IMG/VR virus record: IMGVR_UViG_2534682330_000007
Strand: one strand, 5' to 3'
Length of the DNA: 49,277 bases
Source of the DNA: a virus
Lineage: Duplodnaviria > Heunggongvirae > Uroviricota > Caudoviricetes
Part shown: one piece after another, positions 32,245 through 42,943 of the stretch
Position numbering within the stretch: the stretch's first letter is position 1
Layout of the letters: each line of letters begins with the position of its first letter
Program-made: the position numbers and the translations under genes
The notes under the pieces: generated by a model
Seen by the model: the letters and a program-made list of their open reading frames with translations, nothing else
What the model was told of the DNA's origin: nothing
The model's database searches: none

Positions 32245-32985
32245 ATGCCAACACCAAATCCTCTGGCACCGGTGAAAGGGGCCGGGACCACCCTGTGGGT
32301 TTATAACGGGAGCGGCGACCCTTATGCAAACCCGCTTTCAGACAATGACTGGTCGCGTCTGGCAAAGGTTAAAGACCTGACGCCCGGCGAACTGACCGCT
32401 GAGTCCTATGACGACAGTTATCTCGATGATGAAGATGCAGACTGGACCGCGACCGGACAGGGGCAGAAATCCGCCGGAGATACCAGCTTCACGCTGGCGT
32501 GGATGCCCGGAGAGCAGGGGCAGCAGGCGCTGCTGGCGTGGTTTAATGAAGGTGATACCCGTGCCTATAAAATCCGCTTCCCGAACGGCACGGTCGATGT
32601 GTTCCGCGGCTGGGTCAGCAGTATCGGTAAGGCGGTGACGGCGAAGGAAGGGATCACCCGCACGGTGAAAGTCACCAATGTGGGACGTCCGTCGATGGCA
32701 GAAGATCGCAGCACGGTAACAGCGGTAACCGGTATGACCGTGACGCCAGCCAGCGCTTCCGTAGTGAAAGGGAAGAGCACCACGCTGACCGTGGCATTCC
32801 AGCCGGAAGGCGCAACCGACAAGAGCTTCCGTGCGGTGTCAGCGGATAAAACAAAAGCCACCGTGTCGGTCAGTGGTATGACCATCACCGTGAATGGCGT
32901 TGCTGCAGGCAAGGTCAACATTCCGATTGTATCCGGTAATGGTGAGTTTGCTGCGGTTGCAGAAATCACCGTCACCGCCAGTTAA
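32245..32985 (+). CDS. V: Major tail tube protein V
   Basis: 246 aa from [57 protein letters not shown], lambda gpV. Confidence 0.95.
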   Translation: MPTPNPLAPVKGAGTTLWVYNGSGDPYANPLSDNDWSRLAKVKDLTPGELTAESYDDSYLDDEDADWTATGQGQKSAGDTSFTLAWMPGEQGQQALLAWFNEGDTRAYKIRFPNGTVDVFRGWVSSIGKAVTAKEGITRTVKVTNVGRPSMAEDRSTVTAVTGMTVTPASASVVKGKSTTLTVAFQPEGATDKSFRAVSADKTKATVSVSGMTITVNGVAAGKVNIPIVSGNGEFAAVAEITVTAS

Positions 32986-33000
32986 TCCGGAGAGTCAGAG

Positions 33001-33423
33001 ATGTTCCTGAAAACCGAATCATTTGAACATAACGGTGTGACCGTCACGCTTTCTGAACTGTCAGCCCTGCAGCGTATTGAGCATCTCGCCCTGATGAAAC
33101 GGCAGGCAGAACAGGCGGAGTCAGACAGCAACCGGAAGTTTACTGTGGAAGACGCCATCAGAACCGGCGCGTTTCTGGTGGCGATGTCCCTGTGGCATAA
33201 CCATCCGCAGAAGACAAAGCAGCCTTCCATGAATGAAGCCGTTAAACAGATTGAGCAGGAAGTGCTTACCACCTGGCCCACAGAGGCAATTTCTCATGCT
33301 GAAAACGTGGTGTACCGGCTGTCTGGTATGTATGAGTTTGTGGTGAATAATGCCCCTGAACAGGCAGAGGACGCCGGGCCCGCAGAGCCTGTTTCTGCGG
33401 GAAAGTGTTCGACGGTGAGCTGA
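33001..33423 (+). CDS. G: Tail assembly chaperone G
   Basis: 140 aa MFLKTESFEHNGVTVTLSELSALQRIEHLALMKRQAEQAESDSNRKFTVEDAIRTGAFLVAMSLWHNHPQK, lambda gpG. Confidence 0.95.
   Translation: MFLKTESFEHNGVTVTLSELSALQRIEHLALMKRQAEQAESDSNRKFTVEDAIRTGAFLVAMSLWHNHPQKTKQPSMNEAVKQIEQEVLTTWPTEAISHAENVVYRLSGMYEFVVNNAPEQAEDAGPAEPVSAGKCSTVS
33399..33405 (+). promoter_or_regulatory. Programmed -1 ribosomal frameshift slippery heptamer G GGA AAG (G to G-T fusion)
   Basis: Heptamer sits in the G frame 6 codons before the G stop; the -1 frame opens into T. Confidence 0.85.
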
Positions 33424-33839
33424 GTTTTGCCCTGAAACTGGCGCGTGAGATGGGGCGACCCGACTGGCGTGCCATGCTTGCCGGGATGTCATCCACGGAG
33501 TATGCCGACTGGCACCGCTTTTACAGTACCCATTATTTTCATGATGTTCTGCTGGATATGCACTTTTCCGGGCTGACGTACACCGTGCTCAGCCTGTTTT
33601 TCAGCGATCCGGATATGCATCCGCTGGATTTCAGTCTGCTGAACCGGCGCGAGGCTGACGAAGAGCCTGAAGATGATGTGCTGATGCAGAAAGCGGCAGG
33701 GCTTGCCGGAGGTGTCCGCTTTGGCCCGGACGGGAATGAAGTTATCCCCGCTTCCCCGGATGTGGCGGACATGACGGAGGATGACGTAATGCTGATGACA
33801 GTATCAGAAGGGATCGCAGGAGGAGTCCGGTATGGCTGA
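33405..33839 (+). CDS. T: T portion of the G-T tail assembly chaperone (expressed by -1 frameshift from G)
   Basis: -1 frame ORF of 144 codons with no independent ATG start; FDGELSFALKLAREMGRPDWRAMLAGMSSTEYADWHRFYSTHYFHD, lambda gpT. Confidence 0.85.
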   Translation: MFDGELSFALKLAREMGRPDWRAMLAGMSSTEYADWHRFYSTHYFHDVLLDMHFSGLTYTVLSLFFSDPDMHPLDFSLLNRREADEEPEDDVLMQKAAGLAGGVRFGPDGNEVIPASPDVADMTEDDVMLMTVSEGIAGGVRYG

Positions 33840-36393
33840 ACCGGTAGGCGATCTGGTCGTTGATTTGAGTCTGGATGCGGCCAGATTTGACGAGCAGATG
33901 GCCAGAGTCAGGCGTCATTTTTCCGGTACGGAAAGTGATGCGAAAAGAACAGCGGCAGTCGTTGAACAGTCGCTGAGCCGACAGGCGCTGGCTGCACAGA
34001 AAGCGGGGATTTCCGTCGGGCAGTATAAAGCCGCCATGCGTATGCTGCCTGCACAGTTCACCGACGTGGCCACGCAGCTTGCAGGCGGGCAAAGTCCGTG
34101 GCTGATCCTGCTGCAACAGGGGGGGCAGGTGAAGGACTCCTTCGGCGGGATGATCCCCATGTTCAGGGGGCTTGCCGGTGCGATCACCCTGCCGATGGTG
34201 GGGGCCACCTCGCTGGCGGTGGCGACCGGTGCGCTGGCGTATGCCTGGTATCAGGGCAACTCAACCCTGTCCGATTTCAACAAAACGCTGGTCCTTTCCG
34301 GCAATCAGGCCGGGCTGACGGCAGATCGTATGCTGGTCCTGTCCAGAGCCGGGCAGGCGGCAGGGCTGACGTTTAACCAGACCAGCGAGTCACTCAGCGC
34401 ACTGGTTAAGGCGGGGGTAAGCGGTGAGGCTCAGATTGCGTCCATCAGCCAGAGTGTGGCGCGTTTCTCCTCTGCATCCGGCGTGGAGGTGGACAAGGTC
34501 GCTGAAGCCTTCGGGAAGCTGACCACTGACCCGACGTCGGGGCTGACGGCGATGGCACGCCAGTTCCATAACGTGACGGCGGAGCAGATTGCGTATGTTG
34601 CTCAGTTGCAGCGTTCCGGCGATGAAGCCGGGGCATTGCAGGCGGCGAACGAGGCCGCAACGAAAGGGTTTGATGACCAGACCCGCCGCCTGAAAGAGAA
34701 CATGGGCACGCTGGAGACCTGGGCAGACAGGACTGCGCGGGCATTCAAATCCATGTGGGATGCGGTGCTGGATATTGATCGTCCTGATACCGCGCAGGAG
34801 ATGCTGATTAAGGCAGAGGCTGCGTTTAAGAAAGCAGACGACATCTGGAATCTGCGCAAGGATGATTATTTTGTTAACGATGAAGCGCGGGCGCGTTACT
34901 GGGATGATCGTGAAAAGGCCCGTCTTGCGCTTGAAGCCGCCCGAAAGAAGGCTGAGCAGCAGACTCAACAGGACAAAAATGCGCAGCAGCAGAGCGATAC
35001 CGAAGCGTCACGGCTGAAATATACCGAAGAGGCGCAGAAGGTTTACGAACGGCTGCAGACACCGCTGGAGAAATATACCGCCCGTCAGGAAGAACTGAAC
35101 AAGGCACTGAAAGACGGGAAAATCCTGCAGGCAGATTACAACACGCTGATGGCGGCGGCGAAAAAGGATTATGAAGCGACGCTGAAAAAGCCGAAACAGT
35201 CCGGCGTGAAGGTGTCTGCGGGCGATCGTCAGGAAGACAGTGCTCATGCTGCCCTGCTGACGCTTCAGGCTGAACTCCGGACGCTGGAGAAGCATGCCGG
35301 AGCAAATGAGAAAATCAGCCAGCAGCGCCGGGATTTGTGGAAGGCGGAGAGTCAGTTCGCGGTACTGGAGGAGGCGGCGCAACGTCGCCAGCTGTCTGCA
35401 CAGGAGAAATCCCTGCTGGCGCATAAAGATGAGACGCTGGAGTACAAACGCCAGCTGGCTGCACTTGGCGACAAGGTTACGTATCAGGAGCGCCTGAACG
35501 CGCTGGCGCAGCAGGCGGATAAATTCGCACAGCAGCAACGGGCAAAACGGGCCGCCATTGATGCGAAAAGCCGGGGGCTGACTGACCGGCAGGCAGAACG
35601 GGAAGCCACGGAACAGCGCCTGAAGGAACAGTATGGCGATAATCCGCTGGCGCTGAATAACGTCATGTCAGAGCAGAAAAAGACCTGGGCGGCTGAAGAC
35701 CAGCTTCGCGGGAGCTGGATGGCAGGCCTGAAGTCCGGCTGGAGTGAGTGGGAAGAGAGCGCCACGGACAGTATGTCGCAGGTTAAAAGTGCAGCCACGC
35801 AGACCTTTGATGGTATTGCACAGAATATGGCGGCGATGCTGACCGGCAGTGAGCAGAACTGGCGCAGCTTTACCCGTTCCGTGCTGTCCATGATGACAGA
35901 AATTCTGCTTAAGCAGGCAATGGTGGGGATTGTCGGGAGTATCGGCAGCGCCATTGGCGGGGCTGTTGGTGGCGGCGCATCCGCGTCAGGCGGTACAGCC
36001 ATTCAGGCAGCTGCGGCGAAATTCCATTTTGCGACCGGGGGATTTACGGGAACCGGCGGCAAATATGAGCCAGCGGGGATTGTTCACCGTGGTGAATTTG
36101 TCTTCACGAAGGAGGCAACCAGCCGGATTGGCGTGGGGAATCTCTACCGGCTGATGCGCGGCTATGCCACCGGTGGTTATGTCGGTGGCACCGGAAGTCC
36201 GGCGCAAATGCGGCGTTCAGAGGGTATCAGGTTTGAGCAGAACAACAACATGGTGATTCAGAACGACGGTACGAATGGTCTGCCAGGTCCACAGATGATG
36301 AAAGCAGTGTATGACATGGCCCGCAAGGGTGCCCGTGATGAAATTCAGACACAGATGCGTGATGGTGGCCTGTTCTCCGGAGGTGGACGATGA
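33832..36393 (+). CDS. H: Tail tape measure protein H
   Basis: 853 aa, lambda gpH match. Confidence 0.97.
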   Translation: MAEPVGDLVVDLSLDAARFDEQMARVRRHFSGTESDAKRTAAVVEQSLSRQALAAQKAGISVGQYKAAMRMLPAQFTDVATQLAGGQSPWLILLQQGGQVKDSFGGMIPMFRGLAGAITLPMVGATSLAVATGALAYAWYQGNSTLSDFNKTLVLSGNQAGLTADRMLVLSRAGQAAGLTFNQTSESLSALVKAGVSGEAQIASISQSVARFSSASGVEVDKVAEAFGKLTTDPTSGLTAMARQFHNVTAEQIAYVAQLQRSGDEAGALQAANEAATKGFDDQTRRLKENMGTLETWADRTARAFKSMWDAVLDIDRPDTAQEMLIKAEAAFKKADDIWNLRKDDYFVNDEARARYWDDREKARLALEAARKKAEQQTQQDKNAQQQSDTEASRLKYTEEAQKVYERLQTPLEKYTARQEELNKALKDGKILQADYNTLMAAAKKDYEATLKKPKQSGVKVSAGDRQEDSAHAALLTLQAELRTLEKHAGANEKISQQRRDLWKAESQFAVLEEAAQRRQLSAQEKSLLAHKDETLEYKRQLAALGDKVTYQERLNALAQQADKFAQQQRAKRAAIDAKSRGLTDRQAEREATEQRLKEQYGDNPLALNNVMSEQKKTWAAEDQLRGSWMAGLKSGWSEWEESATDSMSQVKSAATQTFDGIAQNMAAMLTGSEQNWRSFTRSVLSMMTEILLKQAMVGIVGSIGSAIGGAVGGGASASGGTAIQAAAAKFHFATGGFTGTGGKYEPAGIVHRGEFVFTKEATSRIGVGNLYRLMRGYATGGYVGGTGSPAQMRRSEGIRFEQNNNMVIQNDGTNGLPGPQMMKAVYDMARKGARDEIQTQMRDGGLFSGGGR

Positions 36394-36719
36394 AAACCTT
36401 CCGCTGGAAAGTGAAACCCGGTATGGATGTGGCTTCGGCCCCTTCTGTAAGAAAGGTGCGCTTTGGTGATGGCTATTCCCAGCGAGCGCCTGCCGGGCTG
36501 AATGCCAACCTGAAAACGTACAGCGTGACGCTTTCTGTCCCCCGTGAGGAGGCCACGGTACTGGAGTCGTTTCTGGAAGAGCACGGGGGCTGGAAATCCT
36601 TTCTGTGGACGCCGCCTTATGAGTGGCGGCAGATAAAGGTGACCTGCGCAAAATGGTCGTCGCGGGTCAGTATGCTGCGTGTTGAGTTCAGCGCAGAGTT
36701 TGAACAGGTGGTGAACTGA
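36390..36719 (+). CDS. M: Minor tail protein M
   Basis: 109 aa MKTFRWKVKPGMDVASAPSVRKVRFGDGYSQRAPAGLNANLKTYSVTLSVPREEATVLESFLEEHGGWKSFLWTPP, lambda gpM. Confidence 0.95.
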   Translation: MKTFRWKVKPGMDVASAPSVRKVRFGDGYSQRAPAGLNANLKTYSVTLSVPREEATVLESFLEEHGGWKSFLWTPPYEWRQIKVTCAKWSSRVSMLRVEFSAEFEQVVN

Positions 36720-37417
36720 TGCAGGATATCCGGCAGGAAACACTGAATGAATGCACCCGTGCGGAGCAGTCGGCCAGCGTGGTGCTATGGGAAATCGACC
36801 TGACAGAGGTCGGTGGAGAACGTTATTTTTTCTGTAATGAGCAGAACGAAAAAGGTGAGCCGGTCACCTGGCAGGGGCGACAGTATCAGGCGTATCCCAT
36901 TCAGGGGAGTGGTTTCGAACTGAATGGCAAAGGCACCAGTACGCGCCCCACGCTGACGGTTTCTAACCTGTACGGTATGGTCACCGGGATGGCGGAAGAT
37001 ATGCAGAGTCTGGTCGGCGGAACGGTGGTCCGGCGTAAGGTTTACGCCCGTTTTCTGGATGCGGTGAACTTCGTCAACGGAAACAGTTACGCCGATCCGG
37101 AGCAGGAGGTGATCAGCCGCTGGCGCATTGAGCAGTGCAGCGAACTGAGCGCGGTGAGTGCCTCCTTTGTACTGTCCACGCCGACGGAAACGGATGGCGC
37201 TGTTTTTCCGGGACGTATCATGCTGGCCAACACCTGCACCTGGACCTATCGCGGTGACGAGTGCGGTTATAGCGGTCCGGCTGTCGCGGATGAATATGAC
37301 CAGCCAACGTCCGATATCACGAAGGATAAATGCAGCAAATGCCTGAGCGGTTGTAAGTTCCGCAATAACGTCGGCAACTTTGGCGGCTTCCTTTCCATTA
37401 ACAAACTTTCGCAGTAA
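36719..37417 (+). CDS. L: Minor tail protein L
   Basis: 232 aa, lambda gpL match. Confidence 0.95.
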   Translation: MQDIRQETLNECTRAEQSASVVLWEIDLTEVGGERYFFCNEQNEKGEPVTWQGRQYQAYPIQGSGFELNGKGTSTRPTLTVSNLYGMVTGMAEDMQSLVGGTVVRRKVYARFLDAVNFVNGNSYADPEQEVISRWRIEQCSELSAVSASFVLSTPTETDGAVFPGRIMLANTCTWTYRGDECGYSGPAVADEYDQPTSDITKDKCSKCLSGCKFRNNVGNFGGFLSINKLSQ

Positions 37418-37422
37418 ATCCC

Positions 37423-38166
37423 ATGACACAGACAGAATCAGCGATTCTGGCGCACGCCCGGCGATGTGCGCCAGCGGAGTCGTGCGGCTTCGTGGTAAGC
37501 ACGCCGGAGGGGGAAAGATATTTTCCCTGCGTGAATATCTCCGGTGAGCCGGAGGCGTATTTCCGTATGTCGCCGGAAGACTGGCTGCAGGCAGAAATGC
37601 AGGGTGAGATTGTGGCGCTGGTCCACAGCCACCCCGGTGGTCTGCCCTGGCTGAGTGAGGCCGACCGGCGGCTGCAGGTGCAGAGTGATTTGCCGTGGTG
37701 GCTGGTCTGCCGGGGGACGATTCATAAGTTCCGCTGTGTGCCGCATCTCACCGGGCGGCGCTTTGAGCACGGTGTGACGGACTGTTACACACTGTTCCGG
37801 GATGCTTATCATCTGGCGGGGATTGAGATGCCGGACTTTTATCGTGAGGATGACTGGTGGCGTAACGGCCAGAATCTCTATCTGGATAATCTGGAGGCGA
37901 CGGGGCTGTATCAGGTGCCGTTGTCAGCGGCACAGCCGGGCGATGTGCTGCTGTGCTGTTTTGGTTCATCAGTGCCGAATCACGCCGCAATTTACTGCGG
38001 CGACGGCGAGCTGCTGCACCATATTCCTGAACAACTGAGCAAACGAGAGAGGTACACCGACAAATGGCAGCGACGCACACACTCCCTCTGGCGTCACCGG
38101 GCATGGCGCGCATCTGCCTTTACGGGGATTTACAACGATTTGGTCGCCGCATCGACCTTCGTGTGA
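37423..38166 (+). CDS. K: Tail tip assembly protein K (MPN/JAB and NlpC/P60-like)
   Basis: MTQTESAILAHARRCAPAESCGFVVSTPEGERYF and HSHPGG metal-binding motif; ORF-track length 247 aa overlaps I by about 100 nt. Confidence 0.9.
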   Translation: MTQTESAILAHARRCAPAESCGFVVSTPEGERYFPCVNISGEPEAYFRMSPEDWLQAEMQGEIVALVHSHPGGLPWLSEADRRLQVQSDLPWWLVCRGTIHKFRCVPHLTGRRFEHGVTDCYTLFRDAYHLAGIEMPDFYREDDWWRNGQNLYLDNLEATGLYQVPLSAAQPGDVLLCCFGSSVPNHAAIYCGDGELLHHIPEQLSKRERYTDKWQRRTHSLWRHRAWRASAFTGIYNDLVAASTFV

Positions 38167-38735
38167 AAACGGGGGCTGAAGCCATCCGGGCACTGGCCAC
38201 ACAGCTCCCGGCGTTTCGTCAGAAACTGAGCGACGGCTGGTATCAGGTACGGATTGCCGGGCGGGACGTCAGCACGTCCGGGTTAACGGCGCAGTTACAT
38301 GAGACTCTGCCTGATGGCGCTGTGATTCATATTGTTCCCAGAGTCGCCGGGGCCAAGTCAGGTGGCGTATTCCAGATTGTCCTGGGGGCTGCCGCCATTG
38401 CCGGATCATTCTTTACCGCCGGAGCCACCCTTGCAGCATGGGGGGCAGCCATTGGGACCGGTGGTATGACCGGCATCCTGTTTTCTCTCGGTGCCAGTAT
38501 GGTGCTCGGTGGTGTGGCGCAGATGCTGGCACCGAAAGCCAGAACTCCCCGTACACAGACAACGGATAACGGTAAGCAGAACACCTATTTCTCCTCACTG
38601 GATAACATGGTTGCCCAGGGCAATGTTCTGCCTGTTCTGTACGGGGAAATGCGCGTGGGGTCTCGCGTGGTTTCTCAGGAGATCAGCACGGCAGACGAAG
38701 GGGACGGTGGTCAGGTTGTGGTGATTGGTCGCTGA
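38064..38735 (+). CDS. I: Tail tip assembly protein I
   Basis: 223 aa MAATHTLPLASPGMARICLYGDLQRFGRRIDLRVKTGAEAIRALATQLPAFRQKLSDGWYQVRIAGRDV, lambda gpI. Confidence 0.93.
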   Translation: MAATHTLPLASPGMARICLYGDLQRFGRRIDLRVKTGAEAIRALATQLPAFRQKLSDGWYQVRIAGRDVSTSGLTAQLHETLPDGAVIHIVPRVAGAKSGGVFQIVLGAAAIAGSFFTAGATLAAWGAAIGTGGMTGILFSLGASMVLGGVAQMLAPKARTPRTQTTDNGKQNTYFSSLDNMVAQGNVLPVLYGEMRVGSRVVSQEISTADEGDGGQVVVIGR

Positions 38736-38753
38736 TGCAAAATGTTTTATGTG

Positions 38754-38775
38754 AAACCGCCTGCGGGCGGTTTTG
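38754..38775 (+). terminator. Stem-loop (AAACCGCC-TGCG-GGCGGTTT) between I and J; weak terminator/attenuator candidate
   Basis: Perfect 8-bp stem read from sequence, followed by TGTCATTT. Confidence 0.4.
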
Positions 38776-38795
38776 TCATTTATGGAGCGTGAGGA

Positions 38796-41700
38796 ATGGG
38801 TAAAGGCAGCAGTAAGGGGCATACCCCGCGCGAAGCGAAGGACAACCTGAAGTCCACGCAGCTGCTGAGTGTGATCGATGCCATCAGCGAAGGGCCGGTT
38901 GAAGGTCCGGTGGATGGATTAAAAAGCGTGCTGCTGAACAGTACGCCAGTGCTGGACACTGAGGGGAATACCAACATCTCCGGTGTCACGGTGGTGTTCC
39001 GTGCCGGTGAGCAGGAGCAGACACCGCCGGAGGGGTTTGAATCCTCCGGCTCCGAGACGGTGCTGGGTACGGAAGTGAAATATGACACGCCGATCACCCG
39101 CACCATTACGTCTGCAAACATCGACCGACTGCGCTTTACCTTCGGTGTGCAGGCACTGGTGGAAACCACCTCAAAGGGGGACCGGAATCCGTCGGAAGTT
39201 CGCCTGCTGGTTCAGATACAGCGTAATGGTGGCTGGGTGACGGAAAAAGACATCACCATTAAGGGCAAAACCACCTCGCAGTATCTGGCCTCGGTGGTGG
39301 TGGATAATCTGCCGCCGCGCCCGTTCAACATCCGGATGCGCAGGATGACGCCGGACAGCACCACAGACCAGCTGCAGAACAAAACGCTCTGGTCGTCATA
39401 CACCGAAATCATCGATGTGAAACAGTGCTACCCGAACACGGCACTGGTCGGCGTACAGGTGGATTCGGAGCAGTTCGGCAGCCAGCAGGTGAGCCGTAAT
39501 TATCATCTTCGCGGGCGTATTCTGCAGGTGCCGTCGAACTATAACCCGCAGACGCGGCAATACAGCGGTATCTGGGACGGAACGTTTAAGCCAGCATACA
39601 GCAACAACATGGCCTGGTGTCTGTGGGATATGCTGACCCACCCGCGCTACGGCATGGGTAAACGTCTTGGTGCGGCAGATGTGGATAAATGGGCGCTGTA
39701 TGTCATCGGCCAGTGTTGCGACCAGTCGGTGCCGGACGGTTTTGGCGGCACGGAGCCGCGCATCACCTGTAATGCGTACCTGACCACACAGCGTAAGGCG
39801 TGGGATGTTCTCAGTGATTTCTGCTCGGCGATGCGCTGTATGCCGGTATGGAACGGGCAGACGCTGACGTTCGTGCAGGACCGACCATCAGATAAGGTGT
39901 GGACCTATAACCGCAGTAATGTGGTGATGCCGGATGATGGCGCGCCGTTCCGCTACAGCTTCAGCGCCCTGAAGGACCGCCATAATGCCGTTGAGGTGAG
40001 CTGGATTGACCCGAACAACGGCTGGGAGACGGCGACAGAGCTTGTTGAAGATACGCAGGCCATTGCCCGTTACGGTCGTAATGTCACGAAGATGGATGCC
40101 TTTGGCTGTACCAGCCGGGGGCAGGCACACCGCGCCGGGCTGTGGCTGATTAAAACGGAACTGCTGGAGACGCAGACCGTGGATTTCAGCGTGGGTGCTG
40201 AAGGGCTTCGCCATGTACCGGGCGATGTCATTGAAATCTGCGATGATGACTATGCCGGTATCAGCACCGGTGGTCGCGTGCTGGCGGTAAACAGCCAGAC
40301 CCGGACGTTGACGCTCGACCGTGAAATCACGCTGCCATCCTCCGGTACCACGCTGATAAGCCTGGTTGACGGAAGTGGTAATCCGGTCAGCGTGGAGGTT
40401 CAGTCCGTCACCGACGGCGTGAAGGTGAAAGTGAACCGGGTTCCTGACGGCGTTGCAGAATACAGCGTGTGGGGGCTGAAGTTGCCGACGTTGCGTCAGC
40501 GCCTGTTCCGCTGTGTGAGTATCCGTGAGAACGATGACGGCACGTATGCCATCACTGCCGTGCAGCATGTACCGGAAAAAGAAGCCATCGTGGATAACGG
40601 GGCGCACTTTGACGGCGACCAGAGCGGCACGGTGAATGGTGTCACGCCGCCAGCGGTGCAGCACCTGACCGCCGAAGTCACCGCAGACAGTGGGGAATAT
40701 CAGGTGCTGGCCCGCTGGGACACGCCGAAGGTGGTGAAGGGCGTGAGCTTCCTGCTTCGCCTGACCGTGGCAGCGGATGACGGCAGTGAGCGGCTGGTCA
40801 GCACGGCCCGGACGACGGAAACCACATACCGCTTCACGCAACTGGCGCTGGGGCGTTACATGCTGACGGTCCGGGCGGTAAATGCGTGGGAGCTGCAGGG
40901 CGATCCGGCATCGGTATCGTTCCGGATTGCCGCACCGGCAGCGCCGTCTCGGATTGAGCTGACACCGGGCTATTTTCAGATAACCGCCACGCCACATCTT
41001 GCGGTTTATGACCCGACGGTACAGTTTGAGTTCTGGTTCTCGGAAAAACGGATTGCGGATATCAGGCAGGTTGAAACCACAGCCCGCTATCTTGGTACGG
41101 CGCTGTACTGGATAGCCGCCAGTATCAATATCAAACCGGGCCATGATTATTACTTTTATATCCGCAGTGTGAACACCGTTGGCAAATCGGCATTCGTGGA
41201 GGCCGTCGGTCGGGCGAGCGATGATGCGGAAGGTTACCTGGATTTTTTCAAAGGCAAGATAACCGAATCCCATCTTGGTAAAGAGCTGCTGGAAAAAGTC
41301 GACCTGACGGAGGATAACGCCAGCAAACTGGAGCAGTTTTCGAAAGAGTGGAAGGATGCTAACGATAAGTGGAATGCCATGTGGGGCGTCAAAATTGAGC
41401 AGACCAAAGACGGTAAACATTATGTCGCGGGTATTGGCCTCAGCATGGAGGACACGGAGGAAGGCAAACTGAGCCAGTTTCTGGTTGCCGCCAATCGTAT
41501 CGCGTTTATTGACCCGGCAAACGGGAATGAAACGCCGATGTTTGTGGCGCAGGGCAACCAGATATTCATGAACGACGTGTTCCTGAAGCGCCTGACGGCC
41601 CCCACCATTACCAGCGGTGGAAATCCACCGGCATTTTCCCTGACACCGGACGGAAAGCTGACCGCTAAAAATGCGGATATCAGTGGCAGTGTGAATGCGA

Positions 41701-42209
41701 ACGCCGGGACGCTCAACAATGTCACGGTAAATGAAAACTGTACGATTAAGGGCATGCTGGAGGCGACTCAGGTCAGAGGTGACTTCGTTAAAGCTGTATC
41801 CAAATCATTCCCGAAACAGGCTGGTACGTGGGGTAATACGGAAACACCAAACGGGACGGTTACAGTCACCATCAGCGATGATCATAACTTTGACCGTCAA
41901 ATCATTATTCCGCCCATTATCTTTAACGGAATAGCGTATAGCGATCCGGGAAGTGGTAATAACCCGGGAGGTACAAGATACACGGGTTATGGTTTTGAAG
42001 TTCGCAAAAACGGTGTATTAATCGCATCCAGAGAAACTAAAGGGGCCATTCCCGGTAGCTACAGTGCGGTTATTGATATGCCGAGTGGCAGGGGAAGCGT
42101 CACTCTGGAGTTTAAGGTTTTCCATAAAGGCAATCAGCGGGCAGGTAATATCACCGACTGTACGGTGATTGTGACCAAAAAAGCGGCTTCAGGCATCAGT
42201 ATTCGTTGA
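38796..42209 (+). CDS. J: Tail tip/central fibre protein J with a non-lambda C-terminal receptor-binding region
   Basis: 1137 aa; lambda gpJ-like through about residue 970, C-terminal about 150 aa (...[32 protein letters not shown]...) differ from the lambda LamB-binding end as recalled. Confidence 0.93.
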   Translation: MGKGSSKGHTPREAKDNLKSTQLLSVIDAISEGPVEGPVDGLKSVLLNSTPVLDTEGNTNISGVTVVFRAGEQEQTPPEGFESSGSETVLGTEVKYDTPITRTITSANIDRLRFTFGVQALVETTSKGDRNPSEVRLLVQIQRNGGWVTEKDITIKGKTTSQYLASVVVDNLPPRPFNIRMRRMTPDSTTDQLQNKTLWSSYTEIIDVKQCYPNTALVGVQVDSEQFGSQQVSRNYHLRGRILQVPSNYNPQTRQYSGIWDGTFKPAYSNNMAWCLWDMLTHPRYGMGKRLGAADVDKWALYVIGQCCDQSVPDGFGGTEPRITCNAYLTTQRKAWDVLSDFCSAMRCMPVWNGQTLTFVQDRPSDKVWTYNRSNVVMPDDGAPFRYSFSALKDRHNAVEVSWIDPNNGWETATELVEDTQAIARYGRNVTKMDAFGCTSRGQAHRAGLWLIKTELLETQTVDFSVGAEGLRHVPGDVIEICDDDYAGISTGGRVLAVNSQTRTLTLDREITLPSSGTTLISLVDGSGNPVSVEVQSVTDGVKVKVNRVPDGVAEYSVWGLKLPTLRQRLFRCVSIRENDDGTYAITAVQHVPEKEAIVDNGAHFDGDQSGTVNGVTPPAVQHLTAEVTADSGEYQVLARWDTPKVVKGVSFLLRLTVAADDGSERLVSTARTTETTYRFTQLALGRYMLTVRAVNAWELQGDPASVSFRIAAPAAPSRIELTPGYFQITATPHLAVYDPTVQFEFWFSEKRIADIRQVETTARYLGTALYWIAASINIKPGHDYYFYIRSVNTVGKSAFVEAVGRASDDAEGYLDFFKGKITESHLGKELLEKVDLTEDNASKLEQFSKEWKDANDKWNAMWGVKIEQTKDGKHYVAGIGLSMEDTEEGKLSQFLVAANRIAFIDPANGNETPMFVAQGNQIFMNDVFLKRLTAPTITSGGNPPAFSLTPDGKLTAKNADISGSVNANAGTLNNVTVNENCTIKGMLEATQVRGDFVKAVSKSFPKQAGTWGNTETPNGTVTVTISDDHNFDRQIIIPPIIFNGIAYSDPGSGNNPGGTRYTGYGFEVRKNGVLIASRETKGAIPGSYSAVIDMPSGRGSVTLEFKVFHKGNQRAGNITDCTVIVTKKAASGISIR

Positions 42210-42231
42210 AATATTTATAACCCCAATAAAT

Positions 42232-42258
42232 GGCGTCAGGAATGACGCCTTTTTTATT
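42232..42258 (+). terminator. Intrinsic terminator after J
   Basis: GGCGTCAGG-AAT-GACGCC stem-loop followed by TTTTTTATT. Confidence 0.65.
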
Positions 42259-42279
42259 GCAGAAAAGCGAGAGGTAATT

Positions 42280-42879
42280 ATGCGTAAAGTTTGTGCAGCC
42301 ATTTTGTCCGCAGCCATTTGTCTGGCCGTATCCGGTGCGCCTGCATGGGCGTCTGAACATCAGTCCACGCTGAGCGCGGGGTATCTTCATGCCCGGACCA
42401 ACGTTCCCGGCAGTGATGATCTGAACGGGATTAACGTGAAATACCGTTATGAGTTTACGGATACGCTGGGGCTGGTGACGTCATTCAGCTATGCAGGAGA
42501 CAAGAATCGCCAGCTGACCCATTACAGCGATACCCGCTGGCATGAAGATTCCGTTCGTAACCGCTGGTTCAGCGTAATGGCGGGGCCGTCTGTGCGCGTG
42601 AATGAATGGTTCAGCGCGTATGCGATGGCGGGTGTGGCTTACAGCCGTGTGTCGACTTTCTCCGGGGATTATCTCCGCGTAACTGACAACAAGGGGAAAA
42701 CGCACGACGTGCTGACCGGAAGTGATGACGGTCGCCACAGCAACACGTCTCTGGCGTGGGGAGCTGGCGTGCAGTTTAACCCGACCGAATCCGTGGCCAT
42801 TGATATTGCTTATGAAGGCTCCGGCAGTGGCGACTGGCGCACTGACGGTTTCATCGTGGGTGTCGGTTATAAGTTCTGA
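42280..42879 (+). CDS. lom: Lom outer-membrane protein (Ail/OmpX family)
   Basis: 199 aa with signal peptide MRKVCAAILSAAICLAVSGAPAWA and C-terminal ...GFIVGVGYKF; lambda lom position. Confidence 0.9.
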   Translation: MRKVCAAILSAAICLAVSGAPAWASEHQSTLSAGYLHARTNVPGSDDLNGINVKYRYEFTDTLGLVTSFSYAGDKNRQLTHYSDTRWHEDSVRNRWFSVMAGPSVRVNEWFSAYAMAGVAYSRVSTFSGDYLRVTDNKGKTHDVLTGSDDGRHSNTSLAWGAGVQFNPTESVAIDIAYEGSGSGDWRTDGFIVGVGYKF

Positions 42880-42905
42880 TTAGCCAGGTAACACAGTGTT
42901 ATGAC

Positions 42906-42933
42906 AGCCCGCCGGTTCAGGCGGGCTTTTTTG
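42906..42933 (+). terminator. Intrinsic terminator after lom
   Basis: AGCCCGCC-GGTTCA-GGCGGGCT stem-loop followed by TTTTTTG. Confidence 0.65.
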
Positions 42934-42943
42934 TGGGGTGAAT

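Noticed and set aside
34390-36743. Long antisense and off-frame ORFs inside the tape-measure gene H
   Set aside because: Fully contained within H, which matches lambda gpH over its length; typical open alternative frames in GC-rich coding DNA.
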